From Eledone cirrhosa (lineage: Eukaryota): a stretch of 64,000 nucleotides of DNA. Shown here piece by piece: positions 13,023 to 29,300 of this stretch. Below the pieces are notes generated by a model that searched no databases, was not told the origin of the DNA, and saw only the letters and a program-made list of their open reading frames with translations. The DNA is taken from the NCBI GenBank assembly GCA_964016885.1, contig OZ024740.1:331080001-331144000 (forward strand). Reading direction: 5' to 3'. Numbering within the stretch: the stretch's first letter is position 1; each line of letters starts with the position of its first letter. The position numbers and the translations under genes are program-made.

Positions 13023-14224
13023 ACGTAACAAAAGCACGAAAGACAACCTTATGAAAAAGGATACGTTGTAAATGGTACGGGAAAAAGAAACACATAACTA
13101 TATTGTGTCGTTGTTTTCTAGTCTTAGACAAGGACAAATATATCAAGGTACATGATAGTAATGGGACTTGGATAGTATAATAAACTAGAAAAGTCTGATT
13201 TTATGAAACGATAGCCATATTCTAGAATATTCCAATACATTGAGATAGAGAGATGGGAGCTAATAAAACAGATAATAATAAATACTAATCAAGAAAATTA
13301 ATACATTGTAATCAACATATCAATACCAAGAGATATATGTCAAACATGGGTGAGGTTTTCCAAACATTAAAGCATGAAAATAGACATGTGCTGAATAGAG
13401 GCATAAAAAGAAACAATCCTTGTAAGTCAGGGGCTTACATATATGTTCAACATAGCACTGGAATTCAGAAACATGATGTATTTGCAATACAAAAGAAAAG
13501 TGGCATATGGACTTCCCTCTCTGTAGAAGTGAAAGCATGCAGTAAAAAGATACGATTACAGTTTGACCATTCAAAAACCAGAATGAACAAAACTAAGGAG
13601 AGCACAAATAACTACAATGATCTAAAGTGGGAAATAAAGACGATGTTTAAATGTAGGGAGCCAATATTAATATTGTTATAAAAAGATCTCTAGATGTAGT
13701 ATGTGATAATAAAAAAGATAAGTCTGTATGTTCAGTTTATCAATAAAACTTGCAACACTGCAGCTAGAACATTAAGGTATGAGACTTCGAGTCGCTATCT
13801 GTATATATATATTTGAATAAAGTGAAGTAGGAATTATGAGATGTGATATATTACATAATCATTAGTATAAATTCAGCGATCCTTCCAATTTGAAAACCTA
13901 ATATTACTCTACGTGGATTTCATCATATTTGTTTATAGTATCTACTGGTAAACAAGTATCCAATCACATGAACCCTTAACAACACATGCATCATATATAT
14001 ATATATGTGTGTGTGTGTATGTGTGTGCGTGTGTATATGTGTGTGTGTGTGTGTGTGAGAGTGAGTGTGTGTATCAATCTCAATACCCACATAAAATCAT
14101 TTATCTCACTATTTAATGTAGAAGAGTGCACTCTGCTTTAAGTTTGGTTGATATTGTTCTAACACGGGCTTAATTAAAACGATCGAAGGTATTTCGGTCC
14201 TATCCAATGATTCTGTTTCAGTAT

Positions 14225-14410
14225 TATGGTGATTGGCAGTATCGGTAGAGGGTCGGACGCCATGCTTTGCAAGATAGTGTTACGGTCCGTTACTGTGTGA
14301 GATCAAATCCCGCTGAGGTTAAATTTGCCTTTCTTAAATCGATAAAATAAAGCACCAGCAAGCAATGCACTGGGATAATTTCTGGCCTTGTGCCAAAAGT
14401 AGAAACAATT
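14225..14410 (+). mobile_element. tRNA-derived SINE (cephalopod-like)
   Basis: ggtagag..ccatgctttgca..tcaaatcccgctgaggttaa.tttgcctttc..tcgataaaataaag; homologous to 25700-25890, 24860-24915 and 40715-40800. Confidence 0.75.
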
Positions 14411-14769
14411 ATTATTATATATATATACGAGAATGCAAATGTCTCTTGTAAATCTTCAAAAAGCAGCATCGCATAACTAGCAATGCCTATGCCTTTAGTA
14501 AATTAGACTAGAGTGCCAGATTTGAATTATGTACATCAGGTGCGTTATTCAACCATGAGCACTAACGGTTAATGCACACCAGCAAGTGTTATTCGCGATT
14601 TAATGTTTGATGATGATTCAACATTCGTTGTGAAGGTACGTTGACAGTAAAGCATTTGGATTAACAATCAGGATTTTAAAGTAAGAGATGCTACATCAAT
14701 CAAGTTCAACCAGCCCCAGACAAGTAGTAGTTGCAGGGCCATGACATCCCAGGCATCCACATGTTCCCA

Positions 14770-14885
14770 TCAGGTATTACTTACCTTGGCAGCAAGTTGA
14801 TTAAATCTGCATTTCTGGATGCTGAGATTGTCAATCACATCACTAAAGCAACTGATGCCTTTGGTAAACTAAATCATCAGATACA
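14770..14885 (+). pseudogene. RTE (BovB-like) RT fragment
   Basis: Translates to YLGSKL..LDAEIVNHITKATDAFGKL. Confidence 0.6.
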
Positions 14886-16208
14886 AAATGCCTCTCACTT
14901 CTCTTGAAGCCCTAGCTGCTGACCTTGGAAGATGAAGAACTCTCTGCTATGAATTTATAAAAATTATGAAAAGACTTCCATGATCAAATTTGTATTCCTT
15001 TTTTGCTCTGACCTGTTCTATTTACTCCATCTCTCTTGTTGTTATCATTAACTCTTTTCCTTCCCACATCTACCTTTCTTTCTTTCCCTTTCTTCCTCTC
15101 CGTTTCTCTCCCTCTCTCCCACTCACGTTGTCTCCATTTCTCTCCCTCTCCCACTCACTTGTCATCTCTTTCTCTCTGCTCCCTCACTACATCCGTTTTC
15201 TCCCGTCTCTCCCTCTTTTCACGATCCCTATCTCGCTGTTAATAAGGCCCCGGCATTCCCCCTCTCCCTCCCCTGTTTACTTTGCATATATGTGCGCTAC
15301 TCGTGTTCCCATATATCGGTATGTTTACTGCGTATTTATTTTCTTTTTTTTTTCTTTTTCTCCCTTCAGTTTAATTTATTTTCTACAATAACTTCCAAAA
15401 GTTATTGACGCACTGGGGGATAGACATATTGTCTTTAATGCCTTGAAACGTTCGGGACCACCAGCAGACAACTGAAGAGGGGACTGTCCCTTACTTGTGT
15501 TTTCCTTTCATTTCTAAATACAATTCATCAGTAACCACACAGCACCTTGTTTCTTCTGTGTATATATACACAGAGAAAGATAGAGAGAGAAAGAGAAACA
15601 GAGAAGCATATATATGTGCGCATGTGTGTGGGTGGGGGTTCATATTGGTATGTCTATACTTTTGTCTGTGCATGTATTTCTGTATGTATCTAACGATATG
15701 TATATACAGTCATTAATATATTACGTGTTATAAAATAATGTACTATAGAAAATGTATCACTAATTGATTCCTTGGATTAAATTAATGTCGCATTTTCTAC
15801 TGATTTCTACAAAAGATACTGTTTCATGCGATTAAAACTATCTTTGAAATTGCGTTAGGCAATTTCAAGCATTCTAATGTCTGTCATCTATTATAACTCA
15901 TGACGTACAAGACAATATCTGCTTTAATTTCATTCAACATTTTCTTAAAATAATATGGTAATTAACTTATCAACACCTAACTGTAAAGTACTCTATCGTA
16001 TGGTCTAACATGAAAGAAGAGAAATGAAATTAGTATTAACTGTAATAATGTGTATATGAAATCTTACTTTGAAATGATTGCGTATAATTAAATTTAAATT
16101 TTCGACACACGGGTAATAATCCATATATTATATTTGATTGAAACGTTTATTTATGACAGATATTATTATTATTGGTATATATATAAATAAATAAATAAAT
16201 AAATATAC

Positions 16209-16258
<50 letters not shown>

Positions 16259-16401
16259 TTGTGCATTTACTATATTCCATAATATACTGTATGTTTATTT
16301 AAAAATATTTTTAAGAATAATCGCTATGAATTTTAATGTAGTGACTACGTCGCCTACTTAGTCTCGGCAAATACACGCACACACACACAGACACAAACAC
16401 A

Positions 16402-16489
<88 letters not shown>

Positions 16490-16509
16490 GTATATATGCA
16501 TACATATAT

Positions 16510-16918
16510 ATGTATGTATGTATCATTATCTGTAAAAGGCAGATTGTTGTTGTATGTGTGTGTGCGTGAATGTTCCATGTTTATACATTTGCACAATTTC
16601 AAACCGATTCGGCTTAAAATCTGTATGAATGTTGTACATCGTCCAACTCAGGTCAACGACTATTTATCTTTTTTGAACTCATCCAGAGTTACCGAAATAA
16701 TCGATAAAACTAAATACATGACAATTTAACCCTCTAATACAATGTGATATCCTCTCCTCGCTCCCATTAAAATTTGATAAAACTATATACTTGCTGCAAC
16801 TTTCTCTTATATATGCTTAAACTTACAGACTTCCTTTAGGAACACGGAATAAAGAAGAGAGAAAGAAATGAAGGAGAGAGAGAGAAGAGAGTGAGAGAGA
16901 GAGAGAGAGAAAGAGAGG

Positions 16919-16964
<46 letters not shown>

Positions 16965-17543
16965 ATTTGTTTTTTAGTGTGGAACGTTCAAACATCTATT
17001 TACATCAATGACAACGAAGAAAACTTATTACGTTTCATACCAAACAACAATTATTCAAAAGCAACAGAAAGATTTATTGAACAACAAAAAAAATAGCGTT
17101 AAATCTTTTTTAAAACATCTCTCAGCGAATGTGAAAGAAAGAAGTATCAGTTTATTTACTATACACAATAATATCCTCTATGAGGTCACTAAACCTGTTA
17201 GAAACAGCAGTTAACAGTCCCCCAAATCACACCCCTCCCTACTGTCTTAAATTTAGAAAACACACATTAGACAACCATGCAGAACAACTCCATCGCAGCT
17301 CTGTTGTTCGCCTGGCATCGTCTACTGTGAGACAATACATTTCAACACTTTTTGCACAGAGATAATATCCATAGCCGAAACTACAATTGTCACTGCTGGC
17401 GCAATCCTGCTTCGGAAGTCCATGTCTGCAATTCATTCACCCAGTGCCTGACACACAAAAAAGTGCTGCCATAAAATGGGTGGTGCAACCTAACTTGGCT
17501 AATTTACTGACCCCGAGCAACGCCGGGCTTTAATGCTAGTATA
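16510..17543 (-). mobile_element. Helentron-associated (HINE/Lep1-like) non-autonomous element
   Basis: The reverse complement starts tACTAG..cccggcgttgctcggg (subterminal hairpin) and ends ..gccgaatcggtttg..cacacacataca; same architecture as 60105-60760. Confidence 0.5.
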
Positions 17544-17554
17544 TACTGTATATA

Positions 17555-18150
17555 TATGTATGGACGTTTATTTTTGAGACTCGAAACCGATTCGGTAAAG
17601 GTAACTATAGTAAGTAAAGTTAATTTTTTGAAATTTATTTTGAAACTTTTCTTATTTGCTAAACCTTGATTATATATGTTCTGGCTCGTTAATTTATTAA
17701 CCTGCCATTGAACCACATTGGCATATGGTTGGACAATACACGTGTCTCTTAGCGCCTTGTGCGTGTAGGAACATATACTCTATTATTACTCCTCTTCTCT
17801 TGGTTGAGAAAAAGATTTGGTCGTTCTGACTGCTGCTAGTTATAGTGGTAGCCGACTGACCCCCTGCCTCCGCCTCCATCTTTACACACGGCCCTTGAAA
17901 AAATTGATTCCACTTCATTTACTCTCATCTGGGGAACAATTTTGAATAGCGCCACTTCGTAATTTGAATTCGTGAATTTTATATTCTTCGAGTGAAAAGA
18001 TCCTTCTGACGAGAATTTTTCTTTGCAACGGATGCCGTATGGACTCCGTATATATTTGAGACTGAAACCGATTCGGTAAAGGTAACTATAGTAAGTAAAG
18101 TTAATTTTTTAAAATTTATTTTGAAATGTTTCCTTATTTGCTAAACCTTG
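17555..18150 (+). repeat. 481-bp HHR-bearing unit, about 1.2 tandem copies, flanked by (TA)n (retrozyme/pLTR-like)
   Basis: gaaaccgattcggtaaaggtaactatag.. occurs at 17583 and 18064. Confidence 0.85.
18002..18082 (+). ncRNA. Type I hammerhead ribozyme
   Basis: cctt-CTGACGA-51 nt (acgga/tccgt)-GAAA-ccgattcgg-TA-aagg. Confidence 0.75.
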
Positions 18151-18260
<110 letters not shown>

Positions 18261-18534
18261 CATGTATGTATATATATATGTATGTGTGTGGTTGATTATG
18301 CTGATTGGGAGAGTAAATGGTGTATATATCTCGTCAAATGATTCTATGGACATATTTTATAGTATATATATGAACGGAAAAAATAAAACGAAATGTCATT
18401 TATCACTCTTAGTACGGCTGTTACGGTGCCCCGGCCGATTAACCCACTCGATATAGAAATTAGGCTGCTCAGCCGTTAATATGCATGAGGAAAGTATATA
18501 CTTTCAGACGTTCAATCATCTGGCAGGAAGGTAT

Positions 18535-18596
18535 ACGTTGCTGACGATAGCTAATAAGCGTGACGATAGCAAATAAGCTTGAAACTAGTACAGCGT
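18535..18596 (+). ncRNA. Minimal type I hammerhead ribozyme
   Basis: acgttg-CTGACGA-..-GAAA-ctag-TA-cagcgt; palindromic actagt stem III; a ~19-nt tandem duplication lies in stem II. Confidence 0.75.
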
Positions 18597-18739
18597 TCCT
18601 TTGTCAGTGTTGAACAATATATGTATGTACGTATACATACATACATTCTTACATTTAAGTAAGTGCCGTACTAAGAGTAAGAAATGAAATTTCGTTTCAT
18701 TCTATTCTATTTATATATATATATATATTTATATATACA

Positions 18740-20560
18740 TATAAGGAAGGAAGTATGGTAAGGAACCAGGTGGGCCATAATGCACTAGAGTACTCAATAC
18801 TTAGGGTAATAGAGTAGGTAATAGAAAATTGTTCAAGCCCCCGACGGCAGAGTTCAAGCCATTTCGACGGCTATTTCTGGACTAAATTAGATTTTTAGCG
18901 TGGTAATAAATAGCCGAACTCTTCAAGGCGTAATTCCGTATATGGGAAGATTGTAGTTGTTACAAGGATTGGTCAACATTTCTTCTAAACTCAATTAAGA
19001 CTTTGATGGTGGTGGGTAGGTGTAGGGGTAGCTGAACTTGCCTGAAGAACAAAGAGGCAGCGGGTGGTGTCGGTCAAGCTTTGAAAGTGAATTCTATACA
19101 GCAAATTCTAAGGCGTGTGGATTAAATTAGGCGAAATAAGAATTCTTGAGGAAATTGAGAGAAGGAAGTTATAAAATTAAAAGAATGAAAAGTTAATAAA
19201 TTGAAATTAAAAAATTTAAAAATAATAAATAAAAATAATATTAAAAAATTAAATATTAGAAAATAATAAAAAGACTAGAGTCTAAAACATCTGCTATATT
19301 TGTAGCTGGTATTTTCGGCCAATGCTATATAGAATTTACTGGGGTGGTGGTACTGAAGCTATAAAAGCCCGTTGGGCTGCCTCAGTGTAAGCGAAGGAGG
19401 AAAAAGGAAAAGGCAAAAGAGAGGGAGTGGATGGAAGTGAGAAGAAGAGATAAAGGGAAAAAAGAAAAGTACAGCTACTTATGGATGCAGGGGTTTCCCC
19501 TATCTTGTTCGGCAAGTGGGGAAAAGAAGGATGTTGTCTACCCACCCGGGTCAGGAGAGGTTTTAAGGCGAGGTTAGTCCTACAATCGAAATTTACATGC
19601 AGTTACAAGTTCGTCTTTTTTGTTTAGGAGTTGGTCCTTCGTAAACAGCATTTATATTTTTTCCTCCGACCGTAAGTTACACGGACGGCGTCCTCCCGTG
19701 TAGGGATTAACCCTGGAAATTCAGCTACAAGTAATATGGTATGTGATGTTATTATCTTGGAGGTCCCAGGTGTGGCCCGAAATTGTAGTGGCATGTTGCC
19801 GGGCAGGGTTTCTCAACGTATGTCGGAGTTGGTAGTGCCGGGTCTTAAAGTCACAAGCGTTTAATCCTATATAGGCTTTGCTGGTGCTTTCCGTCCTCGC
19901 GTTGCATTGAGGGGGCACGTAGATATATCAGGGCAGTTACAGCTCCTGGTCGGCTCTCCACTAATGTCTAGGTTGTTTCGCTCATAAGAGTTTAGTTTAT
20001 TGCTGTTTGAGGAGGCGATGTTTTGTGCGAAGTTGGGTGTGCTGCTGTACGTGAGTTTGATAGTGTTTTTTTTTTATTATGCTGTGGTAGCGATGTTGTG
20101 GTGGGAACTGTTTTTCGAGGAGCCTAAAAAAGATTTTCCCGGTTAGTGTTGCAAGTTCGGCATTGTGGGGAGGGTTGAACCACGTTATGTGTCGTGAGAG
20201 GCGGTGTCCCCTGCTGGTTCCGCTAGGGAACCTGGGTAAAAGGAAATTTCTTCCCGAAAGCCGCTTCGCTTGAGGGCCTGATTGTAATAAGGTGCATGTT
20301 AATCGAATATCTGCTCATTAGCAGACAAACGAGATATGGGGAGGGAGTTGTTTTTAACGAGGTTATTTGTGATGTTTCTAGAATGGGTAGATCGCCGAAT
20401 GCAGGAAACATTTCGGTGAGTTTATGTAGTAGAAATAATACTATAAGATCGGTCACATCCGCCGAGTCGGTCGCGCCCATACTGACGTCGAAGGGGGAGT
20501 CGGGAGCTCTCTTTAGCCAATTGAAATTGTCGAAGAGGAGGACTTGCCGAACAAGATAGG
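18740..20560 (-). mobile_element. Decayed 5'-truncated Naiad-type PLE (RT, GIY-YIG, 3' UTR)
   Basis: PFDVSMGATDSADVTDL, ITWFNPP, CNCPDISTCPL and AYIGLNACDFKTR are homologous to ORF 21471; internal deletions and frameshifts. Confidence 0.9.
18837..18931 (-). ncRNA. Variant hammerhead (U3 core) in Naiad 3' UTR
   Basis: Reverse complement: cgcc-TTGAAGA-g ttcggctattt..aaatagccg tc-GAAA-tggc..gccg-TC-gggg. Confidence 0.7.
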
Positions 20561-21119
20561 GAAAACTCCAGCATACGTAGGTAGATGTACTTCTGTTTGT
20601 TTCCCTTTATCTGTTCTTCTCACATCCTTCCACCACCTCTACTCTTCCTTTTCCTTTTTCCTCTTTCTCTTTCAATCAGGCAGCCCATCGGGATTTGTAG
20701 GCACATTACCCCTACCCCAGTAATTTCTATATAGCATTGGCCGAAAAAACAATACCAGCTAAAAATATACCAGCTGTTTTAGACTCTAGATTTTATTATT
20801 TTTTATTATTCAATTCTTTTATTTATTATTTTTTAATTCTTTAATTTCAGTTTATTAACTTCTTAATTTTTTTATTTTATAACATCCCACTCTCAGATTT
20901 CTCCAGAATTCTTTTTTCGCCTGCTTTCTAGCTAGCCTAATTTCATCCACACTCCTTAGAATTTGGTGTAAAGAATTCACCCCACCACTACCCACCACCA
21001 TGAAATAGTTAATTGTCTTTACAAGAAATGTTGACCAATCCTTGTGACAACTACAATCTCTCCATATATGGAATTACCCCTTGAAAAGTTCGGCTATTTA
21101 TAACCACGCTAAAAATCTA
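20560..21119 (+). mobile_element. Inverted 3' UTR/pLTR copy at the 5' end of the minus-strand Naiad
   Basis: Reverse complement of about 18890-19480; truncated inside HHR stem II (core TTGAAAA at 21081). Confidence 0.85.
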
Positions 21120-21167
21120 CTCTCACAGAATGCATTCTGAATTCAAGAATTTGAAGACAATTCATTT

Positions 21168-21241
21168 TCACCTGATGAGATCAGTGATAATCGATCATGG
21201 ATTCACAATCGATCTCTCTCTTATTGAAACATGTGTCGTGA
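21168..21241 (+). ncRNA. Minimal type I hammerhead ribozyme
   Basis: tcac-CTGATGA-47 nt-GAAA-catgtg-TC-gtga; palindromic acatgt. Confidence 0.7.
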
Positions 21242-21282
21242 TTAAATGATTGGAATTTTACCTTGCCTTCGGATTTTCATTT

Positions 21283-21555
<273 letters not shown>

Positions 21556-23721
21556 TTAAATTCCGTAGAGTCACCACACCATTCCAGGCCTACTTAAATG
21601 CTGAATTGCGGAATATTAAAAAATCCCCTAATCTTTATGTCTCCTTCGATAAAACCAAAAACGTTTATGAGGTAGACCCACAGACCTACAATAAGCTGGC
21701 AAAAAATACCATCACGACCACCTACAAAAAGGCACTGACTGAGACAAACGCGGCCGGAAAAGAAATCGCCAAGTCCCTTAAATTACATGACCGAACCGAA
21801 CCTTTAAGGGTAAAGACCCCGCACTTTACCCTGAAGGACCATAAGGGAAACTTCCTCAACAAACCATCAGTCAGACTTATCAACCCCACTCGTTCTGACA
21901 TCGGCTCTATCAGTAAGAAGATCCTGGATAGAGTTCTACCATCATTGCGGGCTGCCTCACCACTTCCACTCTGGAGCAGAACATCTGAGGCAATATCAAG
22001 GTTCCAAAATTTACCCGACAAACACCACACTCGCTTCCTTCAACTCGACATAGAAAACTACTATGCCTCTATCTCGGAGCCCCTCCTGAAGGACGCAATT
22101 AACTTTGCCAGGAATTTTACCACCATTACCGATGCTGAGCAAGTTGTTATCCTCCACGCTCGTAAGACCTTTCTATACCACGATAGATCTTACTGGATCA
22201 ACAAGAAATCTCAGACCCCATTTGACGTTAGCATGGGAGCGAGTGACTCGGAAGAAATTAGCGACCTTGTGGGCCTGTACATCCTACATCACCTGAAGAA
22301 CCTCTTTACCGGCCTAACGGGAGGTTTATACCGAGACGACGGCCTCTTCGCCCTGCATAAGGTTAACCCCAGAACCACCGATGGGTTTCGGATAAACTTA
22401 AGCTCATTCTTCTCTAATCTAGGATTTAGTATAACTATAGAATCTAATTTGACTAGGGCCAACTTCTTAGATGTCACTCTCGACCTAGATACTTCCCTCT
22501 ATTACCCGTACCACAAACCTAACGAGTCCCTTAAATATATTAATGTTAATTCAAACCACCCCCAAAACATCACTGATAACCTAGTAAAAAGCGTCTCTAC
22601 TAGAATATCTGGCCTCTCCGCCAAAAAAGATATTTTTAACGCATCTGCCTCCTACTACAATGACGCCCTCGCCCGTAGCGGATTTAAAGAAAAGATAACA
22701 TACCTAGAAACCACTGCAAGATTGCAGAGGAGGAATAGACATAGGCAGATTAGCTGGTACAACCCTCCCTTCAATAGAGAGGTCTCTACTCCGATAGCTA
22801 GGATTTTCTTCACTTTGCTGAAATTACACTTCCCCATACAACATAGGTACCACACCATCTTTAATAAGAACACAATAAGACTCTCCTACTCCAACACACC
22901 TAACCTAGCTAGGAATATAGCCAACCACAATTCTAAAAAATTAAATAAGCCAACTACCTCCGAACCCAATCCCCGGACTGGGGCTCTGTGTAATTGCCTA
23001 AATAAGGAAGCATGCCCACTTGAAAACAAATGCCTCACAAATGATATCGTATACAAATGCGATGTCATCTCAGGCACCGATGATTGCAAAAAAACTTACA
23101 TCGGCATGACCTCCAACAACTTTAAGACCCGTTGGTATGCCCATACCCACTCCTTCAGAAGACCGGACAAATCAAACCAGACAACACACGCCTCCTATGT
23201 TTGGGACCTCAAAAGGAACTCCACCCCCTTCACGCTTAAATGGAAAATACTCCAGAAAGCACGCGCTTACGACGGAGGACACAATGGCTGCGACATTTGT
23301 ATCTCAGAGAGCTACGAAATTTTATTCGCCAAGGGCCCGCTACTGAACAAACTCTCTGAACACTGCCCGAACTGCATGCACAAGAAGTTTGCAACTTTCA
23401 AACACTTTAAGCCAGTGTTAAAGCCCGATGGCTAAAAACGACCTCCTCCTATTGGCCCCTATACCCCCTTCCCACCCTACCCCCACCCCTCCTCAACCTG
23501 AAATACGGCCACTATGATTATGTGAGTACCTTTTACCTATCTACATCTTCTGCCTGTAGAGGTGTTTTTATGTGCCTGCGTATATGCGTATATTTATTGA
23601 GTACTTATTTATTTGTATGTGTATATATTTGTGTGTATGTGTGTATATGTATGTGTATGTATATGTATGTGTATGTATGTGTATGTGTGCACTTGTGTAT
23701 ATGGGTATGTGTGTGTATATG

Positions 23722-23756
<35 letters not shown>

Positions 23757-23783
23757 ATGTGTATATATGTATGTGTGTATATG

Positions 23784-23824
<41 letters not shown>

Positions 23825-24620
23825 GTATATATATATGTATATATGTGTATGTATGCATGTGTATATATATATATATCTGTTAGAACACGAAAAGTGTGAA
23901 ACAACAGAATGTTCACTTTTCGTGTTCTAACATATATGCCTAGCTTTTATAAAAAATTTTCGGGGATAGCCGTGGTGGTGGTGATCGTATGTCATTGGCT
24001 AATTTTCAACCAATCAGAGTACCTCTCTCTATATCTCTTCCACTGTTACTTACGCCTGTTTCTCTCTATCTGTTCCGTCTCTATATATATATCTCTTACT
24101 CTTTCGCTTTGCACTCCTCCCCTTCAATACCATCTCTCCCCCTCTCTATATATTTGTTACTCTATTGCTGCACGCTCCTCTCCTTCAATATATCAATTAC
24201 ACACGCTTTACACTCCTTTATCCCCAGCGCCCCTATATATACACCCCCCCTCTCCCGCATCTATATTTTAATGTACCGTTGCACCGTGAATATATGTGTC
24301 TATATATATATACATATATATTGTATATACACATTCATGTATGTGTATACACACTCATGTATGTATATACACTGGTTTTATGTGTGTATTGTAAATTTGT
24401 ACTGTTAAAACACGAAACTAACATTCGATTGACACTTTGATTACCTGTACAGGCAATAGTTATTAGAATGCTGTTGAAGTGTGTATATATTTTTTGGGGG
24501 ACATCCTGTATATACACACATTATATATAATACAATAAACAGATAAATACACACATATATATATGAGCTTATTTAATTATAAATATTGTGAATTTTTAAC
24601 TCAGTTCAATTATATATATA

Positions 24621-24668
24621 AATGGCTTCTACAGGACTAGAACTGTTTCATTCGAAAGAAATCATCAT
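24621..24668 (-). ncRNA. Truncated hammerhead (7351 family)
   Basis: Reverse complement: aTGATGA-tttctttcgaat-GAAA-cagttctagtcctg-TA-gaagcc; the 5' strand of stem I and C3 are lost. Confidence 0.65.
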
Positions 24669-25283
24669 AATATTGAGAGGGGGGACTAGATAAAATATTT
24701 CAAATCAAATGTGTATAAGTTATAAGTTAAAATGTATAAATAGAGACGATAGTGGAGGTATATCTGTTTAGTGGAACAGTAGACGATAGAATTAAATACA
24801 GACGAGAATCTCCCTTTAATGAAACAGCAGACGATAGAATTAAGGCAATTTAAATTTTAAGCATTTGCTTTCATCGTTACGGGGTCGATAAAATAAAGTA
24901 CCAGTAATACACTGTCACTAGACGACTTTCAAATTGAATTGTTGGTTCCATTTCTTTAGTATTTTCAATTGTAGTTATCTACTTAAAAAGCGTTACACGG
25001 TTAGAGACATAATTGGTAAGTTATATCTTCCCTATTAAACCATTGCATTATTTCGCCTACAATAGAACAAAAATGAAATGCTCTTTAAAGAAACAGGAAT
25101 ATAACTTTATAAAAAAAAAAGTTGCATCCGCTTCTTTTATCATTGATAATTTTTTCGTTTTAATATTAATTGTTTTTTGTAGTTGTTTATATTAAAAATC
25201 TTACTGTAATATTTACTTAAACGAAGGCAAACATCTAAACTTATAGATTAATCTTGAGCGAAGGACTAGATAAATCTCTCTCC

Positions 25284-25318
<35 letters not shown>

Positions 25319-25699
25319 AACGAAGAATGATAAAATTTCAAGCAAAGAGTTGTTTAATTAGGTATATTTTGTAATATTATTAACTAATTATTATAATTAA
25401 CGCGCATATTTTGCTATCCTCAAACACGTTTTACACATGGCATGAAATATAACTAATCCGAGATGGCTAGGTTTCATCTTCTAACTGGATATACGAAATC
25501 CATTATGTCTTGACAACAACATGAGGTAACATTATGTTATTCACAGACACACTTTGTACACTGTTCCATATCAGAATGTATTTCCTTCGTCACATTCACA
25601 AACAGTATTGAAAATATGTTCTTCGGCAAATAAAAATGTTTTGTTCATAATATTTCAACTACCGATTGCTCTACTCCACGCACGACCACCATAAATTAA

Positions 25700-25890
25700 T
25701 GACCAGCTCAACACAAGTATTGGTAGAGCGTCAGACACCATGCTTTGCAGTATTGTTATGGTCCTTTGCATTCTAAGTTCAAATCCTGCCGAGGTTAACT
25801 TCGACTTTCATACTTACTAATTCGATAAAATAAAGTACCCGTAATGGACTGCCGTAATGGATTTGTGCCGAAAAATAGAAACACTATTAA
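25700..25890 (+). mobile_element. tRNA-derived SINE
   Basis: tggtagagcgtc..gttcaaatcctgccgaggttaac..tcgataaaataaagtac (A/B-box-like head). Confidence 0.75.
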
Positions 25891-26439
25891 TGTGCAATAA
25901 GAGCAAAATATAACGACATTGCTCAATTATTTTATCTAATGTTGTAATAACACAAGGAAATGTTGTTTGTGTATTTTTTTTTATATTTGCTCATAGGCTT
26001 TTACAATTTCGCTCAGCCAACAACTATTAAAAAGTGAGTTGCTTAAGATAACAATTTAATCACAAATTGTTGCTATCTTTTAATACACTCCAACAAGTCA
26101 TCAAATTATGTACAATAAAAACAAATCTTATTAATTTGTTCAGGGAATATAAAGAAAATGTATATACACTGATAATTGCAATTGTATGTAAATATTTTGT
26201 TTTTGTATTGTATATTTTATGTTTTCTATTATGTATAATATATTGATTTAATATTGATTGTTTTTTGTAGTTGTTTATATTAAAAGTCTGAAAATATTTT
26301 TATACATCTTACACTAATATTTATAAGATAATTTATAATAACAATCACATAATCTAATTACATTACAACGATAATTTATTATTAATATATATCCTGTTTA
26401 ACTAGAGTTATTACAAGCGTTGCCTTAAAAAAATATTAA

Positions 26440-27395
26440 ACTAGACATGAAAAATGCGCAAGCTCAAAAGTGCCACAGAATGTTATAATAAACCTTCAAA
26501 AGTGTGGGACTAGAGTTGTTGCTAAAAAATATTGTAATCATTATATATCGTACATTCTGTGGCATCCTTTATAAAAATAGCTTAAACCAACGAAGCCTTT
26601 ATTTTTACGCTATTTCACTTAGTTAATTCTTAGAGTGTAACATATAAAAATAAATACATCTATGTTTAATGTAATAACAGCTATAAATAATTACGTAATA
26701 TTATTATCATATACTCATAGTAAAAAAATAATTGTGTTGAAACTTAATATGATGCTTATATGAACGATCAAATCTATAATGATAATTTCTTAAATATACT
26801 AATAGTAAAATAATTTAGTTATCTATTGTTACATTTTCATAGAACTATAATATTAACAATCGTATTGCATTATCAAATTTTATCACTACAAACTTTCATA
26901 TTGGAATTACCTTAAGCCACTTATTATTACTTCGCTTTCGTACTTTTACAGCTGTAGATATTGCGCTGTATCTTATATCTAATATCAATATCTCGTGGTA
27001 ATTTGCATGAAGTGTAAAATAGGTTTATTAATAACTTTAATATGAAATGTATTATACAGGGCTGTGGAGTCGGCCAAAAATTGACTGGCTCCAACTCAGG
27101 ATCCGATACTCCATTATTTCCTAAATTTCAGCTCCGCAGCTCTGTTATTATATTAATTAATTTATTTTATAGTTGTAAATCATATTTTTATATGTTACAC
27201 TCTAAGAATTAACTAAGTGAAATAGCGTAAAAATAAAGGCTTCGTTGGTTTAAGCTATTTTTATAAAGGATGCCACAGAATGTACGATATATAATGATTA
27301 CAATATTTTTTAGCAACAACTCTAGTCCCACACTTTTGAAGGTTTATTATAACATTCTGTGGCACTTTTGAGCTTGCGCATTTTTCATGTCTAGT
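26440..27395. repeat. ~210-bp near-perfect inverted repeats around a ~530-bp AT-rich spacer
   Basis: 26440-26651 is the reverse complement of 27184-27395 (actagacatgaaaaatgcg.. / ..cgcatttttcatgtctagt). Confidence 0.9.
27057..27144. mobile_element. Small hAT-like MITE
   Basis: TIRs cagggctgtggag / ctccgcagctctg; 8-bp flanks gtattata / ttattata. Confidence 0.6.

Positions 27396-29300
<1,905 letters not shown>

Noticed and set aside
12772-13146. Poly-K/N/R/T/L/V ORFs
   Set aside because: Translations of (AAG)n(AAC)n.
13337-13681. 114-aa ORF as a host exon or transposase
   Set aside because: No recognisable motif or supported splice context.
15440-15495. Hammerhead (ctgaagag gggac/gtccc)
   Set aside because: No downstream GAAA or cleavage site; truncated.
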